A stretch of 64,000 nucleotides of DNA. Source: Myxococcota bacterium (lineage in GTDB: Bacteria > Myxococcota_A > UBA796 > UBA2385). The DNA is taken from contig JBIJDH010000001.1 of assembly GCA_044344255.1 (NCBI GenBank), forward strand, positions 160,001-224,000, given 5' to 3'. Below, piece after piece: positions 19,559-29,456 of the stretch. The stretch's first letter is position 1. Each line of letters begins with the position of its first letter. Both the position numbers and the translations under genes were made by a program. A model generated the notes under the pieces. It had not been told where the DNA came from, searched no databases, and worked only from the letters and a program-made list of their open reading frames with translations.

Positions 19559-20416
19559 TCAACGTCGGCGGGTGAGCCGCGCCCGCACCGCCTCGTAGAG
19601 GGCCCGCTGGGCGGCCTCCCGCGCGTCGGTGGGGGTGAGGAGGGCCGCGACCGTGGCGGGCGGCTCGACCGGCGGGGCCGCCACTGGCGTTGGCGGCGCG
19701 GGCGTCGGCGTCACGGAGGCCGGCGGCGCGGGGGTCGCTCCGCCGAGGGCCAAGGCGAGGGGGCAGCGGGGATCGGCCTCCTCGCCGCGGCGGTAGCGTT
19801 GGAGCAGGGCCCGCGAGCGATCGGCGAGGGCCCGCCGCAGCTCCCGCCGGGCCCCCTTCACCTGCGGGACGTGGGTCTGGTCGTAGGCGGTGGTCTGATG
19901 TCGCATCCAGGCGATGACGGCGGCCTCGGCGCGCTCCTCGACGGGGATGCGCTCGGTGCGCGCGACCGTGCCGCTGCCGACCGGGGTGGCGAGGGCGGTC
20001 ACCCGGGCCGCGAGCTCAGCGGCGAGGTCAGAGTAGCGCGGATGAAAGCGAAGGAAGTGCAAGACCTCCGCCTCGAAGTCGAGCACGTACTCCGCCTGCT
20101 CCTGGGCCCGGCGCGCTCGGCCCTGGTCGAGGCGCCGCTGGTGGGCGGGGTCGGCCCGCTGGGCGACCACCGCCTCTCGGGCGCGGGCGATCTGGAGCGC
20201 GGGCGCCCAGAGGCCGCGGGAGAAGACCTTTCGCCCTCGTTTCTCCTCTACCGCCCAGGTGGGGCCGAGCCCCTTGACGGCGCGCGTGAGGCCCGCGTCG
20301 CCGGGCGGCAGGTGATCCCAGCCGGCGGGGACCTCGATCAGCAGGCCCTGCTCGTCGCGGAGCACACGGGGACGGGGTCCGGGAGACAGGCCTGCGCGGG
20401 TGACGTCGTCGCTCAT
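19559..20416 (-). CDS. DUF2293-domain protein
   Basis: LPPGDAGLTR, FSRGLWAP, ATPVGSGTVART, AAVIAWMRHQTTAYD. Confidence 0.85.
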   Translation of the reverse strand: MSDDVTRAGLSPGPRPRVLRDEQGLLIEVPAGWDHLPPGDAGLTRAVKGLGPTWAVEEKRGRKVFSRGLWAPALQIARAREAVVAQRADPAHQRRLDQGRARRAQEQAEYVLDFEAEVLHFLRFHPRYSDLAAELAARVTALATPVGSGTVARTERIPVEERAEAAVIAWMRHQTTAYDQTHVPQVKGARRELRRALADRSRALLQRYRRGEEADPRCPLALALGGATPAPPASVTPTPAPPTPVAAPPVEPPATVAALLTPTDAREAAQRALYEAVRARLTRRR

Positions 20417-20567
20417 GCCTCGGCGCTAACCGATGCGGGCGGCGCCTTGCGACCCCGCCGCCGCTCCGCTATCCTACCCGTGACTCAACCAAGAGTTACG
20501 CCCCCGCCTCGAGGGACCCCCAGGGACCCCCCGGAACCTCAGGGGGCCCGACGGACCCGGAGCCCCG

Positions 20568-22637
20568 GTGAAGCCCACTTTGACGATGCCGCCGTCGATC
20601 TCGCTGCTGCTCCCAGCCCTCCTCGCCTGTGGCGCGCGCACCGAGGCGCCCGGCCCCACCCCCGAGGCGGACGGCCCCCCCACCTGCGACGCCGACGCGG
20701 CCCTGCCCGCGCAGCTCCGCCTGCTCACCCGCCGCGAGTACAACGCGACGGTGATCGACCTCTTCGGCTTCGTCGCGGCCTCGGGGCCCGAGCTCGAGGC
20801 CGCATCCTGCGATGACACCGCCGACTGCCTGCTCTCCACCTCGTCCCATGTCGAGGGCGCCTCCTGCGTGGAGGGCGCCTGCGCGCAGGATCCCTGCACC
20901 ACCGCCACCTTCGTCCTTCAGGGCTGGGAGAGCGCGAGCCGGGTGCACGTCGCCGGCAGCTTCAACGGCTGGCCCTCCACCATCGCCGCTGGGGGCCTCT
21001 CGCTCACCTGGGAGCCCAGCGCGGGCCTCTGGTGGGCCAAGGTGACGCTCGAGCCCGTTCGGTACGAGTACAAGTTCGTAGTGGACGAGTCTACCTGGCT
21101 CGCCGATCCCGCCAACCCCGACACCGCCGAGGACGGCTACGGCGGGCTCAACTCCGTCCTCACCCTCTCTTGCGACGGGGACACCGAGAGCGCCGAGGCC
21201 ACCGCCGAGCCCACCGGCTCGCTCGACTTCTCGGCCGGCTTCCCCGTCGAGAGCCGGCCCGAGGCCTTCCCCTTTGACGACCACGCCGCATCCGCGCTCG
21301 TCACCAGCGTCGCCGCCGAGGCGCAGCTCGACGCCGCCGAGGCCGTCGCCGCCCGGGCCCTCGCCGCCCCTTCGGCCTGGCTCTCCTGCGATCCCGACGA
21401 CGCCACCTGCCTCTCCACCTTCTTCGCCCTGGTGGCCCCGCGCGTCTTCCGCCGGCCCCTGAGCGAGGACGAGCAGGCCCGATACACCGCGCTCGCGGCG
21501 ATGGGCTCCGATCCGAGAGACGGCCTCTCCCTCGTGCTCACGGCGATGCTGGCGAGCCCGGCCTTCCTCTATCGGAGCGAGATCGGCAGCCCCGAGCCCG
21601 GCGAGCCCGGCGCCCAGCGCCTCGACGACTACGAGGTGGCCACCGCCCTCTCCTACGCGCTCATCGGCAGCACCCCTGACAACACGCTGCTCGCCGCTGC
21701 GGCCTCGGGCGCCCTCGCCGACCCCGCCGGGCGCGAGGCCGAGGCCGCCCGCCTGCTCGGCGCCGACGCCGCCCGCGCCCACGTCGGCGGCTTTGTCGTC
21801 CAGTGGCTGGGGGTCGAGGTGATGGAGACCGCCGCCAAGAGTGAGCCCCTCTACGGCGTCGTCACCGACTCGCTCCGCCAAGCGATGGTCGAGGAGGCGG
21901 CCGCCTTCGGCGCCGGGGTCATCCTGGACGGGAGCCACACCGTCTCCGAGCTCTACACCTCACAGCAGACCTACGCCAACGCCGAGCTCGGCGCCCTCTA
22001 TGGCCTGTCGCTGGAGGGCGACGACCTCCGCCCGGTCCACTGGCTCCCCGGCCAGCGGGCAGGCCTGCTGGGCCTCTCTGGCGTGCTCGCCAGCCTCGCC
22101 CACTCTGACCAGTCGGCCCCCGTCCAGCGCGGGGCCTGGGTGCGCCAGCGGCTGCTCTGTCAGGAGCTCCCCCCGCCGCCCGCCGACATCCCCACCACCC
22201 CCGAGGCCAGCGAGGGCGGCACCACCCGCGAGCGCTTCGAGCAGCACAGCCAGGACCCCGCCTGCTCCTCCTGCCACCAATACCTCGACCCCGTCGGCTT
22301 CGGCTTCGAGCACTTCGACGCGATGGGCGGCTGGCGCGACCAAGATGACGGGCGGCCCGTCGACGCATCGGGCGCCGTGCTCGACCTCGAGTGGCGCGGG
22401 GCCGGCACCACCGCCGCCTTTGACGGCGTGCCCGCCCTCGCCACCCTCCTCGCCGAGAGCCCCGCCGCGGAGCGCTGCGTGGTCACCCAGCTCTCCCGCT
22501 TCGCCTCCGGCGGAGAGACCGCAGACCTCTGCCTCGTCGACTCGGCCACGGCGGCCTATCGACAGACCGGCGACCTCCGGGAGGCCATCGCCCACTTCGT
22601 GACCGCGGACGCCTTCCTCCGCCGGGAGCTGCCATGA
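20568..22637 (+). CDS. DUF1587/1595/1592/1588/1585 lipoprotein with heme-c motif and inserted CBM48-like domain
   Basis: LRLLTRREYNATVIDLFG, FRRPL, SPAFLYRSE, ATALSY, RAGLLG, PVQRG, TTRER, CSSCHQYLDPVGFGFEHFDAMG. Confidence 0.9.
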   Translation: MKPTLTMPPSISLLLPALLACGARTEAPGPTPEADGPPTCDADAALPAQLRLLTRREYNATVIDLFGFVAASGPELEAASCDDTADCLLSTSSHVEGASCVEGACAQDPCTTATFVLQGWESASRVHVAGSFNGWPSTIAAGGLSLTWEPSAGLWWAKVTLEPVRYEYKFVVDESTWLADPANPDTAEDGYGGLNSVLTLSCDGDTESAEATAEPTGSLDFSAGFPVESRPEAFPFDDHAASALVTSVAAEAQLDAAEAVAARALAAPSAWLSCDPDDATCLSTFFALVAPRVFRRPLSEDEQARYTALAAMGSDPRDGLSLVLTAMLASPAFLYRSEIGSPEPGEPGAQRLDDYEVATALSYALIGSTPDNTLLAAAASGALADPAGREAEAARLLGADAARAHVGGFVVQWLGVEVMETAAKSEPLYGVVTDSLRQAMVEEAAAFGAGVILDGSHTVSELYTSQQTYANAELGALYGLSLEGDDLRPVHWLPGQRAGLLGLSGVLASLAHSDQSAPVQRGAWVRQRLLCQELPPPPADIPTTPEASEGGTTRERFEQHSQDPACSSCHQYLDPVGFGFEHFDAMGGWRDQDDGRPVDASGAVLDLEWRGAGTTAAFDGVPALATLLAESPAAERCVVTQLSRFASGGETADLCLVDSATAAYRQTGDLREAIAHFVTADAFLRRELP

Positions 22638-24058
22638 GGACGCCACGCTGGCCCGCCCTCCGCCGGGGCTCACCCCTCCACCGCCCGAGCCGCCGCGGCC
22701 TCTTACAGGGTGTCGCCGCCGCCTGTGGGCTCAGCCTCGGAGGGGGGCTGCTCAGTCGCCCCGCGCGGGCCTCGTCGGGCGTCGCGCAGCGCATCATCTT
22801 CTTCTATGTGCCCGACGGGGTCCCCGCGGCCAGCGCCACCGGAGAGGCCTCTGCCTGGCACGCGAGCGGGAGTGAGTGGAGCTTCTCTCTGCCCACCTGC
22901 ACCGCTCCCCTGGAGTCCTTTCGGTCGCAGTGCCTGTTCATCAATGGCCTCTCGCTGGGCGGTACCGACGCCGGCAGCCACCCCGGCGGCGCCAAGAAGC
23001 TGCTGACGGCCGCCGACTACGGCAACAACGAGTCAATCGACCAGTACCTCGCCCGCACCGCCGGGGCCGCCTCTCCCTGGCGCCACCTCTATCTGGGCGT
23101 GCAGGCCAATTATGCGAGCTCCTCCTCCGACCAGCACATCTCCTATCCCGTCGCCGGCAGCTCCATCTCGCCCGAGGATGATCCCCGCGTCGCCTTCGAG
23201 GCCCTCTTCGGCGCCCCCTCCACCACCGACAGCGGTGGTGACAGCGGTGGTGACAGCGGCGCCCCCGTTGACCCCACCGCCGAGCGGCGGCGCCTCGTCA
23301 TCGACACGCTGCTCGGCGACCTCAACGAGCTCCAGGGCCGGCTCGGCGCGGTGGAGAAGGCCAAGCTCGACCTGCACAAGGAGTCCCTCTACGAGCTCGA
23401 GAACCGCCTCGGCGGCGCCGGGGCCGGCGAGCCGGTGGGCGACGGGGCGAGCTGCGCCGAGCCGGCGGTCGACATGAGCGGCGTCACCGACGATCTCTAC
23501 GCGCCCGAGCGCTTCCCCGCGCAGCTCAAGGCGCAGATCGACACGCTGGTGCTGGCGATGGAGTGCGGCCTCACCCGCACCGCCACCCTCCAGTGCAGCT
23601 ACCACACGAGCGAGCTCATCATGAGCCGCTTCGCGGGCACGGAGATGTACGATCCAAGCTACGACATGCGCAGCCACCAGGCCAGCCACTACGGCGACCG
23701 CCACGACGAGGGCCTGCGCGAGTACGCCGCCTTCGAGCAGCAGAGTCGCTGGTGGGTCGAGCAGCTCGTCTATCTCCTCGAGCAGCTCGACGCCCGCGCC
23801 GAGGGAGAGGGCACCATGCTCGACAACAGCCTCGTCGTCTTCTGCACCGAGGTCTGCGACGGCAACAACCACCTACACGACAACATGCCCTTCATCGTCG
23901 CCGGCGGCGGGGGCGGCCGGATTCGGGGCGGGCGGCTGCTCGACGTGGGCTACGCGCGCCACGGCGACCTCTACGTCGCCCTCGCCCAGGCGATGGGGGT
24001 CGACACCTGGTCCTTCGGCGACGCGAGCGCCGGCCCGCTGAGCGGCATCCTCGACTGA
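22634..24058 (+). CDS. DUF1552-domain protein with Tat-like signal
   Basis: SRRGLLQG; RIIFFYVPDG; SIDQYLA; KLDLH; H.ASH; GTMLDNSLV; usual partner of DUF1592 proteins, ATGA overlap. Confidence 0.9.
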   Translation: MRTPRWPALRRGSPLHRPSRRGLLQGVAAACGLSLGGGLLSRPARASSGVAQRIIFFYVPDGVPAASATGEASAWHASGSEWSFSLPTCTAPLESFRSQCLFINGLSLGGTDAGSHPGGAKKLLTAADYGNNESIDQYLARTAGAASPWRHLYLGVQANYASSSSDQHISYPVAGSSISPEDDPRVAFEALFGAPSTTDSGGDSGGDSGAPVDPTAERRRLVIDTLLGDLNELQGRLGAVEKAKLDLHKESLYELENRLGGAGAGEPVGDGASCAEPAVDMSGVTDDLYAPERFPAQLKAQIDTLVLAMECGLTRTATLQCSYHTSELIMSRFAGTEMYDPSYDMRSHQASHYGDRHDEGLREYAAFEQQSRWWVEQLVYLLEQLDARAEGEGTMLDNSLVVFCTEVCDGNNHLHDNMPFIVAGGGGGRIRGGRLLDVGYARHGDLYVALAQAMGVDTWSFGDASAGPLSGILD

Positions 24059-24157
24059 GCGGATGAGGCAAAATCGGGGGCGCCGATGGCGTACCCGTCG
24101 CGGTGGGCGGAGCTCGTTCGGGGTCGCGATGATGTCACATATGGACGCTGTGGTATC

Positions 24158-24227
24158 ATCGGCGTTGCTGTATCGGCGTTGCTGTATCGGCGTTGCTGTA
24201 TCGGCGTTGCTGTATCGGCGTTGCTGT
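24158..24227. repeat. Perfect 14-bp intergenic tandem repeat x5
   Basis: (atcggcgttgctgt)5, ending 25 bp before ATG 24253. Confidence 0.97.
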
Positions 24228-24252
24228 AATCGACGAACAATCAGGGTAGACT

Positions 24253-24810
24253 ATGCGGCGCTCGTTCATCGCTCTCTCGCTCCTCATCGGCTGTCCCTCT
24301 CCGCCGGAGGTCCCGAGCGCGGGCGCGCCGTCCGCCATGAGCTCGCCGGGCGGCAACGGCGCCCCGCCGGGAGACCTCTCCGCCATCATCACCGGCGAGA
24401 AGATCAAGTTGAGCGGCCAGGTGGAAGGAGCGCAGGCTGCTTACATCTCCGTGCTCGCTCCGGGAGCCACTCCGCAGGACATGCCCACCTTCCTCGCGAT
24501 GTTTTCGGTGACGGATGGCAAGTTCGCGATAGATGTGCCCGACACCTACGACAGGCCGCTGTATCTCACCGCCGTGTCAGATCTCACCGGCGACGGGCCC
24601 AGCGACGATGACCTCTCGGGGGTCTCAGATCCGATCAAGCCCACGGGGGAGGACCTCTCGATCACCATCAAGCTGACCACCGACCGGCGCTGGTCGGCCC
24701 GCATGCCCTGGCAGGCGCCCGGTGAGCCTTCGCCCGTTGTGGGCTCGACGCCAACCGACGGCCCCCCTGACGGCGCGCCGAGGGTGGGCGCCTCCGCCCC
24801 TCTCAAGTAG
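24253..24810 (+). CDS. Hypothetical lipoprotein (paralog of 37438..38166)
   Basis: LLIGC; Pro/Gly linker; DGKFAIDVPDTYDR..MPW shared with the paralog. Confidence 0.75.
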   Translation: MRRSFIALSLLIGCPSPPEVPSAGAPSAMSSPGGNGAPPGDLSAIITGEKIKLSGQVEGAQAAYISVLAPGATPQDMPTFLAMFSVTDGKFAIDVPDTYDRPLYLTAVSDLTGDGPSDDDLSGVSDPIKPTGEDLSITIKLTTDRRWSARMPWQAPGEPSPVVGSTPTDGPPDGAPRVGASAPLK

Positions 24811-25049
24811 GTGGGCGTGTCGCCGGCGGGCCATGGGCGTCTTTCAACCGTGGCTGGATCCGCCGCCATGCTCGACCGACCCCGTCCCTGTGATAAGATA
24901 CGCGGATGAGCTCGCTCCGTCGTGAGGCAATGTGGTGGATCGGCGGCGCCCTCGTCCTGGCGCTGCTAATCGCAGGGATCGCAGCCTTGCTCCTACCCTC
25001 CCTCGACGCCCTCTCTTTTCGTTACGCGGTGCTCTGAGTGGACCCACGA

Positions 25050-26093
25050 ATGGACAGGCGGCGCTTCCTCATCCGCGGGATCGCAGCGCTCATCGTGCTG
25101 AGCGCGGTGGTTGGTGTGGGCCTCGTGTGGAGCGGGAGGATGGGCGGCCTCACGAGCTCCGCCGTGGTCACGGGTCCATGGTCCGATATCGACGGCCTCC
25201 CCTGGTTGCTCCCCGATCTGCAGGACGCCAAGGTCATCCTCCCAGACCGCCCCCACCGACCGCCACCGACCGGCGCCCAGCTCCGCTCGGTCGAGCCCTC
25301 CCTGCTCCGCACCCGGAGCTTCCTCCTGCGCACGAACAGCCAGAGGCTCCGGGGCCCCGCCGTCCAGACAAAGGTTCCGGAGACCTACCGTATCATCGCG
25401 CTTGGCGAGTCCGTGACCCTCGGCTGGGGCGTAGAAGAATCCGAGACCTACCCCGCCCGGTTGGAAGCGAAGCTCCGCGAGGAGGGCCTTCAGGTCGAGG
25501 TGCTGAACGCGGGGGTCCCCGGATCGAACCCCCATACGATGGCCCGCTGGTGCGAGAAAAAGGCCGCGGCCCTCAGCCCCGACCTCATCCTCTGGACCTC
25601 CCGACGGGTCGATCGGGGCGGCGCCGGAGCGCAGGGTTACGCCGACGCCGTCTCTCGCTGCCGCCGAGCGGGGAATTGGGGCCTGGCCATCGTGCTCCCC
25701 CCCCTCTCGGGCTTCGATTTGAAAGGCCTGGCCAACGAGGAAGCCGAACGGGCGCAGCTCAGCGCGGCGCTCGGGCCAGCAGCACCCCCCGTTTGGGACC
25801 TCGCTCCAGCCTTCCTGGCTGCGGAGGCTGGCAAGGGAGAGACGCTGGTTTCGGAGGCCGGGAAGGTGCGCGTCCTGGATCAGGAGTCCGGTCACGTCTG
25901 GCTGGAGGCCACCGCCACCGCCGAAGGGCTGCCCGACGCCGTCTACGATCTCTTCGAGGCCGAGCCTGATGTGCGAGAGGCCCTCTTCTTCGACGACGGG
26001 CACCCCAACGCTGAGGGCTTCATCGTCTTCGCCGACCTGCTCGTCGAACCCGTCAGCGAGCTTCTGCGCGGCGGGGCAAAGACCGGTGGCTGA
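25050..26093 (+). CDS. Membrane-anchored SGNH/GDSL-family protein
   Basis: TNSQRLRG, ALGESVTLGWG, LNAGVPG, DDGHPNAEG. Confidence 0.85.
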   Translation: MDRRRFLIRGIAALIVLSAVVGVGLVWSGRMGGLTSSAVVTGPWSDIDGLPWLLPDLQDAKVILPDRPHRPPPTGAQLRSVEPSLLRTRSFLLRTNSQRLRGPAVQTKVPETYRIIALGESVTLGWGVEESETYPARLEAKLREEGLQVEVLNAGVPGSNPHTMARWCEKKAAALSPDLILWTSRRVDRGGAGAQGYADAVSRCRRAGNWGLAIVLPPLSGFDLKGLANEEAERAQLSAALGPAAPPVWDLAPAFLAAEAGKGETLVSEAGKVRVLDQESGHVWLEATATAEGLPDAVYDLFEAEPDVREALFFDDGHPNAEGFIVFADLLVEPVSELLRGGAKTGG

Positions 26094-27129
26094 GATCCCC
26101 ACGCCGGATCCGGAGCCACCCGTCCCCCTGCGGTTTCGGCTCTTGTTTCTGGGCTTCAGCCTTGCCCTCTCCTTCGGGGTGGCCGAGCTGCTCATTCGAA
26201 AGCTGGACGGCGGCGCCCTCCCCCACCTCTCCATCTTCGCCGAAGATCCCAATCGGGGCATCATCCTCCGCGCAGGGGCAACGGACCGGGTGCGCCGCGC
26301 CGACGGTGTCCCCTTCACCGTTGAGACCGACGAGACGGGCCTGCGCCGCTCCTCTACCCCGGCCAGAGACTGGCTCGTGGTGGGCGACTCGCAGGTGCTC
26401 GGCTGGGGGGTCTCCGCGGAGGACTCCTTCGCCGGCCGCCTCGGGCTCCGGAACGCAGGCGTCCCCGGCTATGGGCTGCCCGACGCCCTTCGCGACGCGG
26501 AGCAGCGATGCCGGCAGCCGGGAATTCGCGCCATCCTCGTGATCGTCAATCAAGCCAATGACTGGGAGGAGGCAGAGCTCCCCGTGGAGGACCGTTTTCA
26601 TGTGAATGGTGGGTGGCTGATCCGCCGCAGGGCCGAGACCCGCTCTCGGCTCGAGCTGTGGTGGTCGAGCCCCCTCCCCCACTTCCATGTCCTCTACTTG
26701 GCCTCGATGCTCTTGACCCTCGATGCCCCGGGCGCCGCGACCCTCCCTGCCGAGGCCCCCCCCGCCTGGATGCAGGATCCAGCCGGGCAGGCCCCCCTCA
26801 GCGCCAAGCTCGCCCACCGTATCAACGCATTCGCTGCGCTCCACCCCGACATCCGTGTGGTGACGGCCTTCTTGCCCGTCGATGTGGCGACCGGCGAGGC
26901 CCGGGTCGCGGCCTCACCCTTTGGCCCGGCCGCGCGGGCCGTACCACACCCCCCCTGGAGCGACAGCAGCCTGTACGATCAAGTCAGGGCGGCCCTCCAT
27001 GGCCCGCTCCTCGATCTCCGCCCTGCGCTATCGAAGCACCCTGAGGCCTTCCAGGAGCGGGACTACCACCTGAGCGCGGAGGGCCATCGCCTCGTCGCCC
27101 AGGCCCTTGAGACGGAGCTGTCTCCGTGA
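26086..27129 (+). CDS. Membrane-anchored SGNH-family (AlgX/AlgJ-like) protein
   Basis: AELLIR, VVGDSQVLGWG, NAGVPGYG, ND, RDYHLSAEGH; GTG start overlaps the upstream gene. Confidence 0.82.
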   Translation: MAEIPTPDPEPPVPLRFRLLFLGFSLALSFGVAELLIRKLDGGALPHLSIFAEDPNRGIILRAGATDRVRRADGVPFTVETDETGLRRSSTPARDWLVVGDSQVLGWGVSAEDSFAGRLGLRNAGVPGYGLPDALRDAEQRCRQPGIRAILVIVNQANDWEEAELPVEDRFHVNGGWLIRRRAETRSRLELWWSSPLPHFHVLYLASMLLTLDAPGAATLPAEAPPAWMQDPAGQAPLSAKLAHRINAFAALHPDIRVVTAFLPVDVATGEARVAASPFGPAARAVPHPPWSDSSLYDQVRAALHGPLLDLRPALSKHPEAFQERDYHLSAEGHRLVAQALETELSP

Positions 27130-27184
27130 AAAACAATGCGGTGAACCTGTACTGGCTCGGCTGAAGCATGTCGCCCGACTCGAC

Positions 27185-27228
27185 CTCGGCGGAGGGCTCG
27201 GCGGAGGGCTCGGCGGAGGGCTCGGCGG
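27185..27228. repeat. 12-bp intergenic tandem repeat, about 3.7 copies
   Basis: (ctcggcggaggg)3 + ctcggcgg. Confidence 0.9.
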
Positions 27229-27341
27229 TCGGGGGCGCCACGAGGTCGTGGCCACCCTCCAAGGACCGCGCCGGTGTACAATCCACCCTGCCAGAGAGGA
27301 CTTGGCCATGATCGGCGTGCGGCGAATCGGGGGCATCCGCC

Positions 27342-29456
27342 GTGTTTAGGATCGGCGTCCCCTCGCAATCGGGCGCTTGGCGCGCGCTGATCGCCCTGGC
27401 CGCGGCAGCGCTCGGCTTCGGGTCCGCGCAGGCCGTCGTGGCGCTCCAGCCGGAGGCCCAAGCTTCGCGATGGACCCTCGGCGAGAGCTCAGTCCCCATC
27501 GAGGTGGCGGCGCTGGCGGGCGACCTCCCACCGCGCTCCGACGCGCTCGACCTCTGGTCTTACCGGGCAGCATCCCCCGCGCTGCCCGCCTTCGAGGCGG
27601 GTACGGTCGATCTCGACGCGCTCGTCCCCGACGGTGGCCAGCTCTCCGTGCGCCTCGGCGCGGAGGCCGTCGGCGGCCCGGCGCGGCCGGTCCGCCCTCC
27701 GTTGGACAGCCCAGGCGTCGAGGATCGCCCCGGCCCCGGTCCCAGCCCGGGCCCCGGCCGGCGTCCGGGCGAGGCTGCGCGCCCCCCGAGCCACGACAGC
27801 CCTCGGGGCAAGCCCCCTGACCGCGGCGCAGGCGTGCTCATCGACCGCGGCGCGCGCGGCCAGATCGTGGGACGCGGGCTCTCTTGCGCCCCCGCCGCGG
27901 CACCCAAGGCCCCCGCCTTCCACCTCGGGCTCACCGCCCGCCAGGGCATCGTCGAGGTGCGGATCGACGGCGCGCTCGTCACGCAGTGCCGTGGGAGCTG
28001 GTCCGCAGGGGCCCTGGTGCTGGCCAGCGGCGTTCGACGGGTGCAAGTCGATGACTTCGCGCTCACCCCTGAGGGGGGCGCCCCCTTTCGCGACGACTTC
28101 GGGAGCCCCCTCCTGGTCCCGACGGCTGGCCTCGTCACAGCGCTGATCTTCGGCGCCCTGTCGTGGGTCGGCGCCCGACGGCTCGCTCCGGCGGCGTGGC
28201 GGTCGGTCGGGCTCGCCCTCTCTCCTCTGCTCGCCCTCCCCCTCCTGGCGGCGCTCCCCCTTCGAGGCGTGCTCGACGCCCTCCGCTTGCTGGAGGTGCC
28301 CGAGCCCCTCGGCCCCTTCGTGTTCGCGTCGATCCCCGCCGCGATCGCGCTATCCATAGCGACCGGGGCCCTCGCCGCCTCCAAAAGGCGCGCGGCCCTG
28401 GTCGGCCTGGCGCCCCTCGTCGCCCTCCTCGTCGCCTTCCTCGTCGCCCTGGCGACCCGCATCCCAAACCTCCCCGACGACACCCTCGGCCTCACGATCC
28501 TCGCCGGTCTCGGGGCGCCGCTCGCGCTGCTGGCCTACCAGAACACCCACCCGACCACGCGGCGGGTCTCCACCTCCTACGCGCTCACGCTGCTCATCCT
28601 CTGCGGCGCCGAGTTTGGCCTGCGGCACACCGCGCTCGACAAGACGTGGACCGCCACCGCCGGTTGGCGCCGCGCCAGCCAGGAATTCACCGAGCTCCTC
28701 AAGATCCGCGAGTATCGAACGTACCCGGACGAAGGCTTCCCCGTGCGGCCCCCCGAGCCGGACCCCACCCGAAAGCGCATCGTGGCCCTCGGGGGCTCGA
28801 GCACGGGCGGCGCCTACCAGATGGACGACATCGACCAGTTCTGGCCCCGTCGGCTCCAAGACCGGCTCCCCGGATGGCAGGTGGTCAACCAGGGCGTGGG
28901 CGGCTGGAACACTCTCCACGTACGTCTCTATATGGAGAGCCAGATCGAGCGCCTCGACGCCGACATCTACGCACTCTACATCGGCCACAACGACATCCTC
29001 TCCTCCTCTCCCGTCCCCTATCGACAGCTCTACGCGAGCTGGAGCGCCCCCGACGGATGGGTCCGCGCCACCTCGGAGGCGCTCAATCGAACACGGCTCT
29101 ATGTGGGCCTGAAGTACACGATCCTCGCGTTGTCGAGCCGCAAGGCGGCGGTCGCCGTGCCCGTCCCGGACGCCCGTGAGAATATCGCGGCCATCATCGC
29201 CGCTGCCCACTCCCACGGCGCCCGCGTGCTGCTCGTGACCGAGGGCCTCAACCCCGACCCTTACCCCATGGCCCCCTACGGCGAGATGTTGGCCTCGCTC
29301 GCGGAGGCGACGGGCTCGGGCTACCTCGACGCCGCCAGCGCCTTCGCCAAAGAAGACCCCGACCTCTTCCTCGACGACTGTCACCTCTCGGTGGAAGGCC
29401 ACGAGGCGCTGGCCGGCTGGATCAATGCGAAGCTGCGCGCCGACGGCTGGTTATGA
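27342..29456 (+). CDS. Polytopic membrane protein with C-terminal SGNH domain
   Basis: Several TM helices, then ALGGSSTGG, NQGVGGW, GHND, DDCHLSVEGH. Confidence 0.82.
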   Translation: MFRIGVPSQSGAWRALIALAAAALGFGSAQAVVALQPEAQASRWTLGESSVPIEVAALAGDLPPRSDALDLWSYRAASPALPAFEAGTVDLDALVPDGGQLSVRLGAEAVGGPARPVRPPLDSPGVEDRPGPGPSPGPGRRPGEAARPPSHDSPRGKPPDRGAGVLIDRGARGQIVGRGLSCAPAAAPKAPAFHLGLTARQGIVEVRIDGALVTQCRGSWSAGALVLASGVRRVQVDDFALTPEGGAPFRDDFGSPLLVPTAGLVTALIFGALSWVGARRLAPAAWRSVGLALSPLLALPLLAALPLRGVLDALRLLEVPEPLGPFVFASIPAAIALSIATGALAASKRRAALVGLAPLVALLVAFLVALATRIPNLPDDTLGLTILAGLGAPLALLAYQNTHPTTRRVSTSYALTLLILCGAEFGLRHTALDKTWTATAGWRRASQEFTELLKIREYRTYPDEGFPVRPPEPDPTRKRIVALGGSSTGGAYQMDDIDQFWPRRLQDRLPGWQVVNQGVGGWNTLHVRLYMESQIERLDADIYALYIGHNDILSSSPVPYRQLYASWSAPDGWVRATSEALNRTRLYVGLKYTILALSSRKAAVAVPVPDARENIAAIIAAAHSHGARVLLVTEGLNPDPYPMAPYGEMLASLAEATGSGYLDAASAFAKEDPDLFLDDCHLSVEGHEALAGWINAKLRADGWL

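Noticed and set aside
24110..24150. tcggggtc as a far-left att site making 24-59 kb one island
   Set aside because: Match is only 8 bp in GC-rich DNA and lacks the conserved 31-bp end; unsupported
24158..24227. Possible CRISPR array
   Set aside because: Units are 14 bp, head-to-tail with no spacers, and no cas genes are present
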